Assembly (NCBI RefSeq): GCF_016432865.1
Contig: NC_067401.1
Span: 29,822,001 to 29,886,000, forward strand
Direction: 5' to 3'
DNA length: 64,000 bases
Source of the DNA: Antechinus flavipes
Taxonomy: Eukaryota
Under the pieces are notes generated by a model that made no database searches, was not told the DNA's origin, and was given only the letters and a program-made list of their open reading frames with translations. The first letter of the stretch is position 1; each line of letters starts with the position of its first letter. Shown piece after piece: positions 61,118-64,000 of this stretch. The position numbers and the translations under genes are program-made.

Positions 61118-61266
61118 CTGTATAACTTTGTCCCGGACTCATTCTCCAACTGGGCCCATATTTGGTAACACTCTTCCATCATCTTGGTATAGAAGTCTTC
61201 GGGGTAAGCCCTTCGGATGACTCGGCTCTGGCCGTGGGAGCTTCCCCGGGAATGAGGGAGAAAAAA
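61118..61266 (-). CDS. PIPOX: PIPOX exon 2 (149 bp)
   Basis: cag/TTTTTT..TACAG/gt; encodes [50 protein letters not shown], with the sarcosine/pipecolate oxidase GSSHGQSR motif. Phase joins exon 3. Confidence 0.95.
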
Positions 61267-64000
61267 CTGGGAATCGGTGGAGAGAGACAAACAGACAGAA
61301 ACAATCGTTATCATGAGCTGTTCTGTCCCTAGAGAAAAAATGCTCCCCCTCTCTAACCTTCTAAAAGGACTATCCCACTCGGATGAGAATCCCTCTGCCA
61401 TTCTTCAAATCTTTCCACTCTCTCTCTGGGTAACCCATTACTCTATTTAATTACATTTACTCTGAGGATAGAAGTTTCTCATTTGTACTACTCTAGGCTC
61501 CAGGCTGCTATAGTTTGCCCTTTTCCTTTCTGATAACGCTTTCACTGTGTCATCTAACCTTCATTTTCTGCTGCTGCCTTTTTTTTTTTTTTGCTCCCTC
61601 CTCCCCCACTCTATCTCTTTGTCTCACCCTCTTTGGATTCAAACATGAGCTTTTCAGGACACATTTAAGTTCTTGGCAAAAGATAAGGGAAATCCTTTTG
61701 AGATTAGAGGCACATGGAAGTCAAGATCAAAAACAGAGAACTATGGGGTGGGAATGTCTTCCTATTTCTATTGGTGCTCCCCGTCCCAAACGTCCTGTGT
61801 CTCCTTACTGTCCAATTCCAGTGGCAACATTAAATACTCAAGCCCCACCATCCACAATCCAGAATTCCCTCTTGCTGACCAATCTAATTCTTTGTTAACC
61901 AATCAACAGGCACTTATTAATCACCTGCTATGTGCCAATGATTGTTGGGGATACAAAGATTAAACTGAAATAATTTTGCCTGTTCCCAAGAAGCTTACAT
62001 TCTAACAGAGGAGACAACATATACAAATGCATATGTATAAACATGTATGTATACATGTTTATATGTGATATATGTATGTGAAAGATCATATAAAACAGAC
62101 ACAAAGTAACTTTGGATGAGAAGGCATTAGCAGCTAGAGGAATGTAAAAACACCTCCTATGGAAAGAGGTACTTGAATTGAGTCTTAAAGGGTCTTCAAA
62201 AATCATCTTGAGTTCAATATGAATGGTATAAATATGGATTTGTAGTTAAGAAGATCTGAGTCTAGATCCCACTTTACTAGCTATATATGAAGCTGGACAG
62301 CTCATTTAACTTCTCCACTTGGAATCAATGATCTCCAAGATTCTTTTTGGTTCTAAATCTATAAGCTTGTGTCTTTTGTATATATTGTATAGGTATATGT
62401 TTTTTCCTTGGTAGAGATTAAGCTTCTTGAGGACAGGAACTTTTTCTCTTTATCCTTAGCATAGTGCCTGGCATGTAATATATGCTTAATAAATGCTTGC
62501 AAATCGGTTGAGTGGAATACTAAATGCAATTCAATCATCCTTATTTCTGTTTGATGGGGCTACATGAGCCAAAATTCAGTAAGAAGACTATATCTTTCCC
62601 CTACCTCTTTTCTCAGAAAAAAACAAAACCCTCAGGCTCTGGGAAGATGAGTAATGAAAGAGTAATGAAAATAGAGTTTCCAATCACTAATGCTGATTAT
62701 GAAAATTAGTAAATCTCCAATGAGCCTTTAATGATGACAAAGAATGAGAGACGCAGTGCTAAGAAGCCGTGGAGTTACTAAAGGTGGCAGGTGCTAGAAA
62801 GGACAAGTAGGCAGGACAGATTCTCCCCATGACACTGAGGCATGCCCTCTATGCTCATCATGCAGGCTTTTCTTCTGCCCTTTAAGGAGAGGAACCTAGG
62901 AAGGAGTTCTCTTTTTTCACTTGGGGTTGTCAACGAGAAGATGAGAATTTGCCATCAAGAGTTGGCAGGGACATAGGCAATTTTGCCAGCCTGAGATCGG
63001 GCAGGGAGTGCCAAGGCAGCTCCTCAGTAGTGTACAAAGTTTTCTTGAGAAAGCTCCTGCCTCCAGAAAAGGGGTGTCCTGAGTCAAAGTTGATCCTAAT
63101 TAAATCCCTAGTCAAGGCCAGTCCAAACTGACACAAGCATGGATGGGTTGAGAGAAAATAGCCATGTCTGAAGATGGCAAAGAATAAGTCTCGGAGGCAA
63201 GCATTAGGGGGTCATAACCCAGGGGTCCAGATGAGCAAGGAATCTGTACATTCAAAGGACTGTGGGATTTAGAGCTAAAAGGGAAGGGACTGCAGAGATC
63301 TTTTAGTCCCATCACATTCTACCTCCTGATCATCATTTCACCAATGAGGTTACAAGATAAGCACATGAATAGTAGACCACCATTACTTACTCTCAAACAT
63401 AATTCAGACCCATGTGTTGCAAGGGCTCTAGTCCTACTTTGCTGATTCTTATCCCTGTCATACATTTGAGAGAAAGAACCAGAGAATGGAAAGAATGTTA
63501 GATCCGGAGAAAGTGAATGTTCCTGAATCTTGGCTCCATCTCCTAAAACTTTCTTTCCTTCTTTGGGCTTTAATTTCTTTGTCTTTAAAACCCAGGAGGT
63601 TCATGAAAGCATAGAATTGGAACTGAAAAGTATTTTTCCAGTCATCTCTTTCATCTTTCTTATTTTACAGATGAGGGAACTGAGGCCCAAGAAGGGCCCA
63701 AGATCACAGAGCTAAGAAGTAGCAGTCAGGATTTGAACTCAGATCTTCTGATGCCAAAACTGGTCACTCTTTCATAACTAGATGCCCTCTAAGATTCCTT
63801 CTAGGTCTTATGGGTCACATAATCTGATCCCCTGGTTTCTCACCAAGAAAGGGGAAAGCGCTTAGGTTGAGGATTGATGCTTAGGCAATGTTTAAGACAA
63901 ACAGATAGTGGATAGAGCACCATAGCTGGAGTCAGGAAGATCTGAGTTCAAATTCAAACTTATTAGCTGTGTCAACCTGGGTAAGTCACTTAATCCTTAT

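Noticed and set aside
62700-63260. ORFs 62930-63136 (-), 62949-63131 (+) and 63112-63315 (-) as a pseudogene or RT fragment
   Set aside because: No recognisable protein or repeat motif; cannot be supported without a search.
61267-64000. PIPOX exon 1
   Set aside because: No minus-strand frame encodes the GxGxxG FAD-binding start (IVIGAGIQG-like) and there is no gap here; exon 1 must lie beyond the window.

Overview
Mammalian non-coding-rich window from an Australian-type marsupial, probably a dasyuromorph (inferred from WSINE1-, MAR1/RTE-tailed SINE- and marsupial L1-like repeats). It is a gapped assembly with 13 N-runs, most next to microsatellites or low-complexity tracts. Two genes converge tail-to-tail, as in the human MYO18A-PIPOX synteny: the last coding exon and 3' UTR of MYO18A (+, stop at 3781-3783) and exons 2-8 of PIPOX (-, 61266 to 44020). 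All seven PIPOX exons have GT-AG boundaries and an unbroken frame; exon 1 lies beyond the window. The ~39 kb intergenic region holds the most notable feature: a full-length 6.46 kb LINE-1 (17974-24431) with intact ORF1 and ORF2, a CpG-rich ETS/YY1-bearing 5' end, a poly(A) tail and a perfect 16-bp target-site duplication, so a candidate retrotransposition-competent element. Other points of interest: the PIPOX C-terminus ends in ASL rather than the canonical PTS1 AHL; transposon-supplied poly(A) signals sit near both genes; there are two 7SL-derived copies, a 113-bp minisatellite and several short local duplications. I found no convincing evidence of a wholly new biological system; most ORF-track entries are repeat or low-complexity artefacts.
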